Assembly: GCA_013265495.1 (NCBI GenBank)
Contig: MU057640.1
Location: forward strand, 2,280,636-2,324,329
Direction of reading: 5' to 3'
DNA length: 43,694 nucleotides
Origin: Vicugna vicugna
Taxonomy: Eukaryota
Each line of letters begins with the position of its first letter. Within the stretch, counting starts at the first letter, position 1. Shown here in pieces: positions 11,286-22,829 of this stretch. A model generated the notes under the pieces. It was not told where the DNA came from. It ran no database searches and worked only from the letters and a program-made list of their open reading frames with translations. The position numbers and the translations under genes are program-made.

Positions 11286-12552
11286 TAAATAGAAAAGGAG
11301 TAGGAAGCTATAGAAATGTGAAAATCATAATTGGAAATGTGATAACTACAATGAGTTGCAAGAGAATAAACATGAAAATGCTAAAAAAAAAAAAAGCACA
11401 TCCAAATCATAAAAGGTGGGAGAGGGGAGCAACAAAATATAGACTTTTTTCCTCTATTTTTTTTTGTTTGTTCTTTCTAGGATGTGTTTGAGCCTACATG
11501 ACTACCAATCTAAACCAAACAGATAAAGTAATGGGTTAATATACTTGAAAAACAAGGTAACCATAAATCAAAAGCATACACTGGAGTCAGAAAAACCAAA
11601 AAGAAACCAAGATAATACAAAAGAAAATTATCAAACCATAAAAGGAAAAGAAATGAACAAAGAAGAAATACCAAATCAACTGGAAAACAAAGTTCAAAAT
11701 GGCAATAAACACACATATATCAATAATTACTGTAAATGTCAGTGGACTAAATGCTCCAATCAGAAGACACAGAATGGTAGATTGGATAGCCTACAATATG
11801 CTGCATATAAGAGACCTACTTTAGGGTGAAGGGCACACATAGATTGAAAGTGAGAGGATAGAAAAAGATATTTCATGCACATGGAAATGACAAAAAATCA
11901 GGAGTAGCAATATCTATATCAGACAAAATAAACTTTAAAACAAAGGCCATAAAGAAAGATAAAGGACACCATATAATGACAAAAGGAGCAACACAAGATG
12001 AGAATATTACACTTGTTAACATATATGCACCCAATATAAGAGCACCAAAATATATAAAATAAATACTAATAGGCATAAAAGGAGAAATTGATGGGAATAC
12101 GATAATAGTAGGAGACTTTAACACCTCACTAACATCACTGGACAGGTATGCCAGACAGAAAATCAGTAAGGCAATGGAGATACTAAGTGACACAATAGAA
12201 CAGTTAAAACTTGGTAGATATTTTCAGGAAATTGCATCACCCCAAACAGAATATACATTCTTTTCAGGTGCTCATGGGACAGTCTCTAGGAAGACCACAT
12301 ACTCAGGCATAAAAGAAGCCTCAACAAATTTAAAAGTAAAGAAATTATTTCAAGCATCTTTTCTGACCACAATGGCATGAAACTAGAAAACAACCACAGA
12401 AAAACAAATGAGAAGAAAAAAGAACTGCATGGAGACTAAACAACAAGCTACTAAAGGAAAAAAAATGGGTCACCAATGAAATCAAAGGCGAAATTAAAAA
12501 ATAATTTTATTTGAGATAAACAACAGTGGAAACACAACCACATAAAATTCTA

Positions 12553-15351
12553 CTGGATTTCCAGTCAAGATGACAGAGTACTAGGATCAAGAGCTCACCT
12601 CTCCTCGTGACTACAACAAAACCACAACTGACTGCTAAACAACCATCGGAAAAAAAAAAAGACTGGAACCAAGCAAAAATCTTCTTCAACTGGAAACATA
12701 AACAGGGAACCACAGCAGGACAGTAGGAGGGGCATGCCTGTGATAAAATGGGGCCCCACAACCCCTGGGTGGGTGACCCACAAGCTGAAGAATAGGTCAT
12801 AGAGGCCCTCCAAAGGAGTGAGAGTTACAAGCCCCACATCAAGCTCCACAGCCCGGGGTTCAGGCATTGGGAGGAGGAGGAGACTCCAGGACATCTGTTT
12901 TTGAAGACCAGTGGGGCTTACGGAGCCCCATGGGACTGGGGTAAATGGAGACTTCATTCTCTAGTGAAGTGTACACAGAATGTCGTGTGCACCAGATCCA
13001 AGGGCAGAGGCAGTGATTTCATAGGAACCTGGGCCAGACCTGCCTGGTGGTTTTGGAAAGTCTCTTGGGGACATAGGGGATGGCTATAGCTTACCCAAGG
13101 GGCAGAAAAGCTGGTGGCAGACATTCCGGGAGTGTTCATCTACATGAGCTTTCCTGGAGGCTCATTGGGTCATTAGCACCAAGACCTAGCCCCACCCAAC
13201 AGTCTGTAGGCTTAAGGGTTAGGAAGCCTCAGGCCAAACAACAGACTGAGTGGGAATGCAGCCCCACCCATCAGCAGACTTCCTGAACCACAAATGCCTC
13301 TAGACATGGCCCTACCCACCAGAGGCCCAGGACCTAGCTTCACCCAGCAGGGGACAGGCAATGGTTCCTCCTACCAGGAAACTTGCATAAGCCTCTAGTC
13401 CAGTCTCATCCACCAGGGGAAGATACCAGAAATAAGAAAACAACAATCCCAAAGGCTGTGGAAGGAATCCACAAACACAAGCCAGACTCTGCACTGAGAC
13501 CAGCTTGACCCTGGCCCTTGGGTGACAAGAGAGGAGTGTACTGCTGGGACGCATAGGATGTCTCCCACAAAGAGCCATCTCTCCAAGGTCAAGAAACATA
13601 ACTAACCTACCTAAAAATACAAATAGAAAGATGCACAATATAAGGCAGCAGAAGAATAATATCTCCCAGACCAAAGCACAAGATAAAATCCCAGAAGAAG
13701 AAATAAGGGATGAGGAGATAAGCAATTTATCTGAGAAAGAGTTTAAAGTAATGATGACCAAGATGTTCAAAGAATTCAAGAGGAGTATAGATGCACAGAA
13801 TGAAGTTTTTAGCAAAGAGTCGGAAAATATAAAGACTATCCAGAGTTGAAGAGTAAAATCACTGAAATTAATAACACACTAGAAGGAACCAAGAAAAGAC
13901 TAAATGAGGCAGAAGAACGGATCAATAAGCTATAAGACAGATTAGTGGAAATCACTACTGCAGAACAAGAAAAAGGAAAAAGAATGAAAAGAAATGAGGA
14001 TAGTTTAAGAGAACTCTGGGACAACATGAAGTGCACTAATATTCACATTATAGGGGTCCCAGAAAGAGAAGAGAGAGAGAAAGGACCTGAGAAAATTTTT
14101 GGAGAGATCATAACCAAAAACTTCCCCAACTTGGGAAAAGAAACAGTCACCCATGTCCAGGAAGTGCGAAGAGTTCCATACAGGATCAACCCAAAGAGGA
14201 ACACACCAAGACATATAGTAATCAAACTGACAAAAATTAAGGATAAGGAGAAAATATTAAAATCAGCAAGAGAAAAGCAACAGATAACGTAAAAGGGAAC
14301 GCCCATAAGGTTATCAGCTTATTTTACAGCAGAAACTCTACAGGCCAAAAGGGAGTGGCCCCATATATTTAAAGTGATTAAAGGAAAAAACTTACAACCA
14401 AGAATGTCTGTCCAGCAAGGTTCTTGCTCAGATTTGGTGGAGAAATCAAAAGCTTCGTAGATGAACAAAAGCTAAAAGATTTCAGCACCATCAAACCAGC
14501 TTTACAATAAATGTTAAAGGACCTTCTCTAGTCATCAAACCACAAGAAAAAAAACCACAAAAAAAAGATTAAAAAAGAAGAAAAAGGAAAAAAAAAAAGA
14601 CCTACAAAAGATTGCTTTTTCAATTTGGGGTCTTTTATGGTTCCATATAAATTTTGGAATTGTTTGTTCTAGTTCTGTGAAAAAATGTAGTGAATATTTT
14701 GACAGAGGTTGGGTTGTACCTGTAGATTGCTTGGGGTAGTACAGCCATTTTGATAATGTTCATTCTTCCCATCCAAGAGCACAAGGTATCTTTCCATTTC
14801 TTTGTATTATCTCAAATTTCCTTCATTAATGTTCTACAGTTTTCATAGTATAGGTAACCTCCTTGATTAAGTTTATTTCTAGGTACTTTGTTGTTTTTGA
14901 TGCAAAGGAAATGTTTATGCCAGTTATAAAATTCTGCTTTTTGAAGTGAAAAAAAAAGTGAATGAAGGGCCGCAAATGGCAAAATATCCTTCTTTCTTAT
15001 GGGTGAGTTGTATCTCTTTACATATATATCCTGCATCTTCTTTATTCATTCATCTATTGATGTGCCCTTAGGATGCTTGGTAATTATAAATAATGTTGCT
15101 ATTAATAGTGGAGTGTATGTATCTTTTTAAATTAATTCTTATTTTGTGATTGGCTTTATTCCTTTGATAACTATGAAGTTTAAGAAGCTAAAGCTCTAAA
15201 CATTCTTGGAAACAATGAAGAGTACATATGTGTAAATTTAAAAATATGTGCAGTATATTGTATACATGTATTTTCATGCAATATATTGTACATATGGAGT
15301 CAAACTGTAACAATTCTACCTAATAAAACTGAAAAATGAAAGAACAAAAGC
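12553..15351 (+). mobile_element. Composite insertion: L1 5'UTR + disrupted ORF1 (12558-~14609), then inverted L1 ORF2 and 3'-end fragments and an A-rich tail
   Basis: L1 5' end CAAGATGACAGAGTACTAGGATCAAGAGCTCACC. ORF1 peptides EKEFKVMMTKMFKEF and NPKRNTPRHIVIKLTKIKDKEKILK, with in-frame stops. Imperfect TSD CACAACCACATAAAATTCTA (12533-12552) / CACAACCACACAAAATCTA (15352-15370). Host ORF2 resumes at 15371. Confidence 0.75.
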
Positions 15352-18300
15352 CACAACCACACAAAATCTATGGGATGAAGCAAAAGCAGTCCTGAGAGTG
15401 AAGTTCATAGCAATACAGGCCTTCCTTAAAAAATAAAAACAATCTCAAATAAACAACCTAACCTACCACCTAAAAGAATTAGGAAAAGAAGAACAAACAA
15501 AACCTAAAGTCAGCAGAAGGAAAGAAATAATAAACATCAGGGAAGAAATACATAAAATAGAGATTAAAAAAGCAGAAAAAATCAAACAAAGAGCTTTTTT
15601 TTTTTTGAAAGAATGAGCAAAATAGACAACTCTGGCTAGGATCATCAAAAAGAAAAGAGAAGACATAAACAAATAAAATAAGAAACGAAGATGGAACAAT
15701 TACAACCAATACCACAGAAATATAAAAAATCATAAGAGAATACTATGAACAACTATATGGCAATTAATTGGACAACCTGGAGGAAATGGACAAGTTTCTA
15801 GAAATGTACAGTCCACCAAAACTGAATCAAGAAGAAATAGATCATTTGACCAGATAAATCACTAGAAATAGAATCAGCAATTTAAAAGAAAAACTCCCTA
15901 CAAACAGAAATCCAGGACCAGATGGCTTCACAGGGAAATTCTATCAAGCATACAAAGAAGAACTCATACCGATCCTTCTCAAACTCTTCCAAAAGATTGA
16001 AGAGGAAGTAATACTCCTAAATCCATTGGATGAAGCCACCATCACCCTGATACCAAAGCCAAACAAAGACACTATGAAAAAAGAAAATTACAGGCCGTCC
16101 TCAACAAAATATTAGCAAACAGAATCCAACAAACACATAAAAAAGATTAGACACCATGATTAAGTTGGGATCATCCCAGGGACACAAGGATGGTTCAACA
16201 TACACAAATCAACCAATGTGATACACCACATCAACAAAAGAAAGGATATGATCATCTCAATAGATGCAGAAAAATCTTTTGATAAAATTCAATATCCATT
16301 TATGATAAAAAGTCTCCAGAAAGTGGGCACAGATGGAACATACCTCAACATAATAAAGGCCATAATGACAAACCCACAGCAAATGTCATACTCAATGTTG
16401 AAAATCTGAATGCATTTCCTCTAAGATCAGGAACAAAACAAGGATACCTACTCTCACCACTTTTATTCAACATCATTTTGGAAGTCCTAGTCACATCAAT
16501 CAGAGAAGACAAAAATAAAAGGGATCTAAGTTGGAAAACAAGTAGTAAAACTGTCACTGTTTGCAGATGACATGATACTATACACAAAAAAAATCCTAAA
16601 GAAACCACCAAAAACTTACTAGAGCTCATCAATGAATTTGGTAAAGTCCAGGATACCAAAGTATATACAGAAATCTGTTGCATATCTATACACTAAAAAC
16701 AGAATATTAGAAAAAGAAATTAAGGAAACAATCCCATTTACTATCACAACAAAGAGAATAGAATATCTAGGAATAAACCTACCTAAGGAGGCAAAAGACC
16801 TGTACTCTGAAAACTATAAGACCCTGGTGAAAGAAATTGAAGATGACACAAACGGATGGAAAGAAACACTGTGTTCTTGGACTGGAAGAATCAATATTGT
16901 TAAAATGGCCATACTACCCAAGGCAATATACAGATTCAATGCATTCCCTGTCAAATTACCAATGCCATTTTTCACAGAACTGGAGGAAAAAATTTTTTAA
17001 TTTGTATGGAAGCACAAAAGACCCCAAATAGCCAAAACCTTTCCAAGAAAGAAGAATGGAGCTGGAGGAATCACCCTCCCTAACTTCAGACTATACGATA
17101 AAGACAGAGTAATCAAAATAGTATGGTACTGGCACAAAAACAGACACACAGAACACTGTAACAGGACAGAAAGCCCAAAAATAAACCCACATGCTTATGA
17201 TCAATTAATCTATGACAAAGGAGGCAAGAGTATACAATGGAGAAAAGACAGTCTCTTCACTATGTCATGCTGGGAAAACAGGACAGCTACAAGTAAAAGA
17301 ATGAAAGTAGAATATTCTATAACACAATATAGAAAAATAAACTCAAAATAGATTGAAGACCTAAATGTAAGACCAGATACTCTAAAACTCCTACAGGAAA
17401 ACATATGGAGAACACTCTTTGACATATATCACAGCAATATTTTTTGGATCTGTCTTCTAAAGCAAAGGAAATAAAAGCAAAAATAAGCAAATAGGACCTA
17501 ATATAACTTAAAACCTTTTGCACAACAAAAGAAACCATATACAAAAAGAAAAGACAACCTACAGAATGGGAGAAAATATTTGCAAATGATTAAGACTGAC
17601 AAGGGGTAATATCCAAACTATACAAACACCTCATACAGGTTAATATAAAAAAAACTGCCCCCCAATGGACAGAAGACCTGAATAGACATTTCTCCAAAGA
17701 CATACAGATGGCAAACAGGCACATGAAAACATGCTCAACATTATTAATAATCAGAGAAGTGCAAATCAAAACTACAGTGAGATATCACCTCACAACAGCC
17801 AGAATAGACATCATTAGACAGTCCTCAAACAATAAATGATGGAAAGGGTATGAAGAAAAGGGAACCCTCCTACACTGTTTGGAGGAGTATAAATTGTTGC
17901 AGCCACTATGGAGGACAATATGGAGGTTCCTTAAAAAATTGAAAATAGAATTACCATATGATGCAGCAATCCCACTCCTGGGCTTATATCCAGAGAAAAC
18001 TCTAATTTGAAAAGATACATGCACCTCAATGTTCACAGCAGCGCTGTTTACAATAGTCAAGGCATGGAAGTGACCTAAATGTCCTTTGACAGATGAATGG
18101 ATAAAGAAGATGTGGTATATACATACAATGGAATATTACTCAGCCATAGAAAAGCACAAAATTTTGCCACTTGCAGTAACATGGATGGATCTAGAGATCA
18201 TCATACTGAGTGAAGTAAGTCCAACAGAGAAGGACAAATATCATATGATATCACTTATATGTGGAATTTAAAAGAATGATACAAATGAACTTATTTACAA

Positions 18301-18601
18301 ACCAGAAATAGACTCACAGACATAGAAACCAAACTGTGGATACCAAAGCAGGAAGGAGTTGTGGGAGGATAAATTAAGAGTCTGGGATTAATAAATACAC
18401 ACTGCTACACATAAAACAGATAAACAACAAGGACCTACTGTATAACACAGAGAACTATATTCAATTATCTTGTAATAACCTATAATGAAAAGAGTCTGAA
18501 ATAGAATATACATGTATATGTATAACCAAACTGCTTTACTGTAGACCTGAAACTAACATCACACTGTAAATCAGTAATACTTCAAAAAACATTTTGAAAA
18601 A

Positions 18602-18738
18602 GACACTAATACCAATTATGAAGACTCTTCCCTGATGACCTACTCACCTCAGAAAGTCCCCACATACTACTGCCATCCCCTTGGGGGTTAGGATTTCAAT
18701 CTGTGAATTTTGGAGGGAAATAAACATTTATCTAGAGC
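18602..18738 (-). mobile_element. MaLR (MLT1/MST-type) LTR fragment
   Basis: CCATCCCCTTGGGGGTTAGGATTTCAATCTGTGAATTTTGGAGGGAAATAAACATT is the reverse complement of the MLT1 5' end seen at 41103-41160. Confidence 0.65.
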
Positions 18739-18739
18739 A

Positions 18740-19190
18740 CACCCCAATCAAGATTCAGAAGTCTCCCATCGCTCCAGAAAGTTCCCTCCATCCCTCCTTT
18801 CCCCCACATCAGGAAAACACTGATTTAAAGTCTATTCCCATATATTATTTTGGACTATGCCAGAACTTCATACAAATAAAATCCTACATGAAGTTCCTTC
18901 AGTCTCACTTCTTTCTATCATCATAATACCAATGAGATACATTCATGTTCTTAAATGTATCTGAAACTTGTTCTGATTTATTGAAGATTATTCCACTGAA
19001 TCTATGTACCGGTTTGTTTGCCATTTATCTATTCAGGTTGTTTGTTTCCAGTCGGTGGAATAAATTTATGAATAATGCTGCTATGAATATCCATGTACAA
19101 ATTGTTGTGGGGAACTTCCTATGGCCAGAACCACTGGGACATAGAGTAGGTATAAGTTTAATTATAAGAAATTATTATTATCCACCATAA
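18740..19190 (-). mobile_element. Ancient L1 (L1ME-like) 3' end remnant
   Basis: Degenerate motifs such as TTATGAATAATGCTGCTATGAATATCCATGTACAA. Confidence 0.55.
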
Positions 19191-19755
19191 CTTTTCTATT
19201 CATGACACTGTTTATTCTTTTGTCCCATTAATCGCCCCTAACACAATTCAACTTCTATCAAGTATGAGAGAATCTAATTCTCACCTCAAAATCCTTACAA
19301 GGAGAAACTTCCACTCTCCTCTCCATTCTGTATTTTAATTACAAATTGATGCCTTATCTCATTTTGGTTTGAAGGGAAAAAAAGTCAGTAACTATCTTAA
19401 AATTGCATCAGACCCACTTATTCTTCCCCTGTGACTTCTGCAAGAGACCACGGGACCTCAGCCCAGGTATACACTCTAATTATTCCTAATTTCTCCCATG
19501 TTTTGTCTTCTCTAAGACCCCTGTGCCAGGATCCCCAGGATCCACTTAGCACAGCGCCCCTCCCCCTCATGAGTACACCATTGTTATGTAACAGCATCCC
19601 CCCCGCAGCCCCCCACACCTGTCTGGGGATGCCAAGCCTTCAGCCTCTCTCCACTCTCCTCAGGACTATACTGCTGTTTAAGAGATGCTGTTCCAGGGAT
19701 AGGCTTGCCTGCCTCCCACTTGACTGCGTTTGCTTTGGTCACAGGCTCCTCACTC

Positions 19756-21981
19756 ATGGGGCCTGCCTGGGCCCAGGCCCACCTGACAGGTGATCTCCGG
19801 CTGCCTCTGCTCTGGCTGCTACTGTTGCCAATCTGCTGCTCCCACGCCCCACCAGGATGGCGCTTCACTTCCTCTGAAGTTGTGATCCCCAGGAAGGTGT
19901 CCCACAGAGCGGGAGGAACTGGGATGCAAGGCCAGCTTTCCTACAAGATTCGCCTCAGTGGCCAAAGACATGTGGTTCACATGAGAGTCAAGAAGAACTT
20001 GCTGCCCAGACACTTTCCCGTTATCACCAGTAACGACCAAGGCGCCACGCAGGAGGACTACCCTTTTATCCCCCGAGACTGTTACTACTACACCTACCTG
20101 GAAGGGGTTCCTGGGTCCATGGGCACGCTGGACACCTGCTATGGAGGTCTGCGTGGCATGCTGCAGGTGGATGACTTCACTTACGAAATCAAACCACTGG
20201 AGGCTTCTTCCAAATTTGAGCATGTGATTTCTCTGCTTGTGTCACAAAAAACACCAGGAGAGGATGAAAAGTGTAAGATTAAAGAGGAAGAAACAAATCA
20301 AGCATATGAGGAGGCAATGCTTGCTGAAACTCCTAGAGCTGCCCCTGTATATTTGTGGTGGCCACACAGGAAAAACTTAAAACTTCACTACACAGTTACT
20401 AACTCATTAGTGGTTCAGAACAGAAATATCACACGTATAATAGAGAACGTAGTGATTCTTAACAACATAATGCATAGCATTTACTACCAGGGTGAACTTC
20501 AGGTTTTCATACGTATGCTGTGCATATGGGACGGTAACGACGAGGTGAAAGTAGAAGAATCTCAAAATGCTCTAGATGCATTAAATTCATTTGGTTTATG
20601 GAAATACTGGAGATGGTATACACAATTTCCTCATGATACTTCATTGATTCTTACAGGAAAAAAAATCGGTGGAGCTTCATATTATAGCAATCATGAAGGA
20701 ATATGCAACCCCAATTGGGGAGCATCGTTTGTATGGGTAGCAAGGTATCACATATTTTTAGCTGCAACTCTTGGAGCACATGCAATAGGTCATGTTCTTG
20801 GCTGTAGACATGATGGTCCTGGTTGCCATTGTTTTCGAAGACACTACTGTGTCATGGCTGCTGAGCCTGGTCTTCTAGATATGATGAGCAACTGTACTTA
20901 TGCCCAACTGCACAGACGAGTTTCTATGTGGGATCCTTGTCTGAGTGCTCCAAATACACCATACAATAATTTTCCTTATAAAGCTGCTCGCTGTGGTGAC
21001 AAGATCAAAGATCAAAGGGAAGAATGTGACTGTGGCACCATAAAAGACTGCTCTCAGGATAAGTGTTGCAATTCCAATTGTGTCCTCACCCTTGGTAGTG
21101 TCTGCAGTGAAGGAGATTGCTGCAGGAGGTGTAATTATGCTCAACCTGGAAGTGTTTGCAGAGACACTCTTGGTATTTGTGATCTACCAGAATACTGCAG
21201 TGGGAAGACGCACGTTTGTCCAACAGACGCTTATATCCAGGATGGAACCCCGTGTTCACCGTTAGCCGTGTGTGTGAAAGGAAACTGTAGTGACCGTGAT
21301 CTGCAGTGTCAATCCCTCTTTGGCTTCGAAATAAAAGATGCTGGGTCAGCATGCTATGAAAAATTGAATGTAAGAGGTGACCGATTTGGAAATTGTGGGG
21401 TGCGAGTGACTCGAGCAGGAGGAAACTCTGTACCATGTGAAGAAGATGATGTGCTGTGTGGAATGCTGCACTGTAGTAATGTGGAGGAAATTCCTGGCGG
21501 GGGTGAGCACACTACATTTCGTCATATAGTAGTAAAAGATGTTAAAGTAGAAAGATGCTTTGGGTACGATGCACACTTTGGGACACACACACCATATATG
21601 GGGCTTGTGGTGGATGGGGCAACATGTGGTGCAGGAAGATACTGTATGAACCAGAACTGTACTTTTTTCCAAGACTTCCATTTTGACTGTGATGTCAAGA
21701 AATGTAATTACAGAGGGGTATGCAACAACTTGAAACATTGTCATTGTCAGCGAGGCTGGAAACCACCAACGTGTAAAGAGAGAGGACCAGGTGGCAGTAC
21801 AGACAGTGGCCCTCCACCTGACAAAGAAATCGGTATTCGAGCCAAAATAGTATTTAATGTAAACATTTCAGTAGCTCTACTGCTTCTCCGTTTTAGCCTT
21901 CTTTTGCTTGCAGGGGTTTTTGGTTCCTTCTTCCATTTAGAAGCAATTGAGGATAAAAAAACAACTGGTGAAAAAAATTAA
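19756..21981 (+). CDS. ADAM4: Intronless disintegrin and metalloproteinase domain-containing protein (ADAM4-like; testis ADAM4/6/20/21 group), ~741 aa, predicted catalytically inactive
   Basis: Single uninterrupted ORF; first ATG at 19756 (the track's 19705 start is TTG). Signal peptide [16 protein letters not shown]. Prodomain [36 protein letters not shown]. Zinc motif [12 protein letters not shown] (20779-20814) and Met-turn CVM. Disintegrin EECDCG..CDLPEYC. Cys-rich and EGF domains ([18 protein letters not shown]), [12 protein letters not shown] segment (~21865-21933) and a short tail. The ADAM family call is firm. The ADAM4 assignment (vs ADAM20/21-like) rests on recalled similarity. Confidence 0.93.
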   Translation: MGPAWAQAHLTGDLRLPLLWLLLLPICCSHAPPGWRFTSSEVVIPRKVSHRAGGTGMQGQLSYKIRLSGQRHVVHMRVKKNLLPRHFPVITSNDQGATQEDYPFIPRDCYYYTYLEGVPGSMGTLDTCYGGLRGMLQVDDFTYEIKPLEASSKFEHVISLLVSQKTPGEDEKCKIKEEETNQAYEEAMLAETPRAAPVYLWWPHRKNLKLHYTVTNSLVVQNRNITRIIENVVILNNIMHSIYYQGELQVFIRMLCIWDGNDEVKVEESQNALDALNSFGLWKYWRWYTQFPHDTSLILTGKKIGGASYYSNHEGICNPNWGASFVWVARYHIFLAATLGAHAIGHVLGCRHDGPGCHCFRRHYCVMAAEPGLLDMMSNCTYAQLHRRVSMWDPCLSAPNTPYNNFPYKAARCGDKIKDQREECDCGTIKDCSQDKCCNSNCVLTLGSVCSEGDCCRRCNYAQPGSVCRDTLGICDLPEYCSGKTHVCPTDAYIQDGTPCSPLAVCVKGNCSDRDLQCQSLFGFEIKDAGSACYEKLNVRGDRFGNCGVRVTRAGGNSVPCEEDDVLCGMLHCSNVEEIPGGGEHTTFRHIVVKDVKVERCFGYDAHFGTHTPYMGLVVDGATCGAGRYCMNQNCTFFQDFHFDCDVKKCNYRGVCNNLKHCHCQRGWKPPTCKERGPGGSTDSGPPPDKEIGIRAKIVFNVNISVALLLLRFSLLLLAGVFGSFFHLEAIEDKKTTGEKN

Positions 21982-22106
21982 TCCCTTGAACCTGAACTGG
22001 AACACACAAAATGGAGACAATCACATTGGAACTTATGGGTAGAAATGATCAGTAAGCACTCTGATAATTACATAGTCCTACAGCAGTTATGACGTTGTCA
22101 TCTTGA

Positions 22107-22112
22107 AATAAA
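22107..22112 (+). terminator. Polyadenylation signal of the ADAM gene
   Basis: AATAAA ~125 nt after the stop codon, followed by GT-rich GGGTCTGTGTGGTT at ~22132-22145. Confidence 0.7.
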
Positions 22113-22499
22113 TGACTTGGCAGTTTTAAAAGGGTCTGTGTGGTTAAATGCATTTGATATTTTACATCTGGTCATAGTCTTACTATTCCTATAGATGACA
22201 GTGAGAACTATTGGATTCACCAACAAGAGGGCCTGTGCTTAATTTATGTTGTGGATACTGATGTTTTACAGGTGTGTCTGTAGCACATCTTGTTTGAACT
22301 GGTATGCACTTGTTTAATAACTTTACTAGACTCTTGCTTACTTGGTTATGTACTAGATTTTTGTTATTGGTTCGCTTTTTTGCTAGTTTAAAAAAGCATA
22401 ACATAAAATGTAGCATAAAAGATACCTTGACAAATACAGTAGGAAGAAGAAAAATTTTGAGTCATAGGCACATGAATATCAACAGTAGTTCAACAACCT

Positions 22500-22660
22500 G
22501 CTAAGTATGTGATCTTGCCTAAAGTCATAAGCTCTCAGAGAATCAAGGTCACATCTGACGTGTTACACAGAGAGATGAAATGCACTTTTTTCTGGGGTTT
22601 TGTGATGGTCAAAAGATCTAAGAAGGGCCTGGAATATGTTAGGCACTTAATAAATGTGGA
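22500..22660 (+). mobile_element. MIR SINE remnant
   Basis: GTATGTGATCTTG...GGCCTGGAATATGTTAGGCACTTAATAAATGT. Confidence 0.5.
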
Positions 22661-22829
22661 CTCTATCATTCTCATTATTCTCATCATCTTGAGTTGTGCT
22701 AAAACTGGAGTGTTCCAAGTATAATGACTTTGGCATTGTATCTGTAAAACTATCATAGAAGGAGCCATGGATCACTGATATGTCACTTCTTAATGCCTCT
22801 AGTTATTAATGTCATACCATCTCACATTT

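Larger units (their letters stand above)
10345..18601 (+). mobile_element. 5'-truncated degenerate LINE-1 (ORF1 C-terminus, ORF2, 3'UTR) interrupted by two insertions
   Basis: ORF2 fragments [27 protein letters not shown] (RT), [21 protein letters not shown] and [19 protein letters not shown]. 3'UTR ends in an A-rich tail at ~18585-18601. Confidence 0.9.

Noticed and set aside
13631..14531. Intact or domesticated L1 ORF1 gene
   Set aside because: In-frame stops (e.g. 13847-13849 and 14290-14292) fragment the frame.
19705..19755. 17-aa N-terminal extension of the ADAM in the ORF track
   Set aside because: It starts at TTG. The ATG at 19756 precedes a normal signal peptide.
19819..21744. Antisense and alternate-frame ORFs overlapping the ADAM
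   Set aside because: They are shadow ORFs with no recognisable domains.
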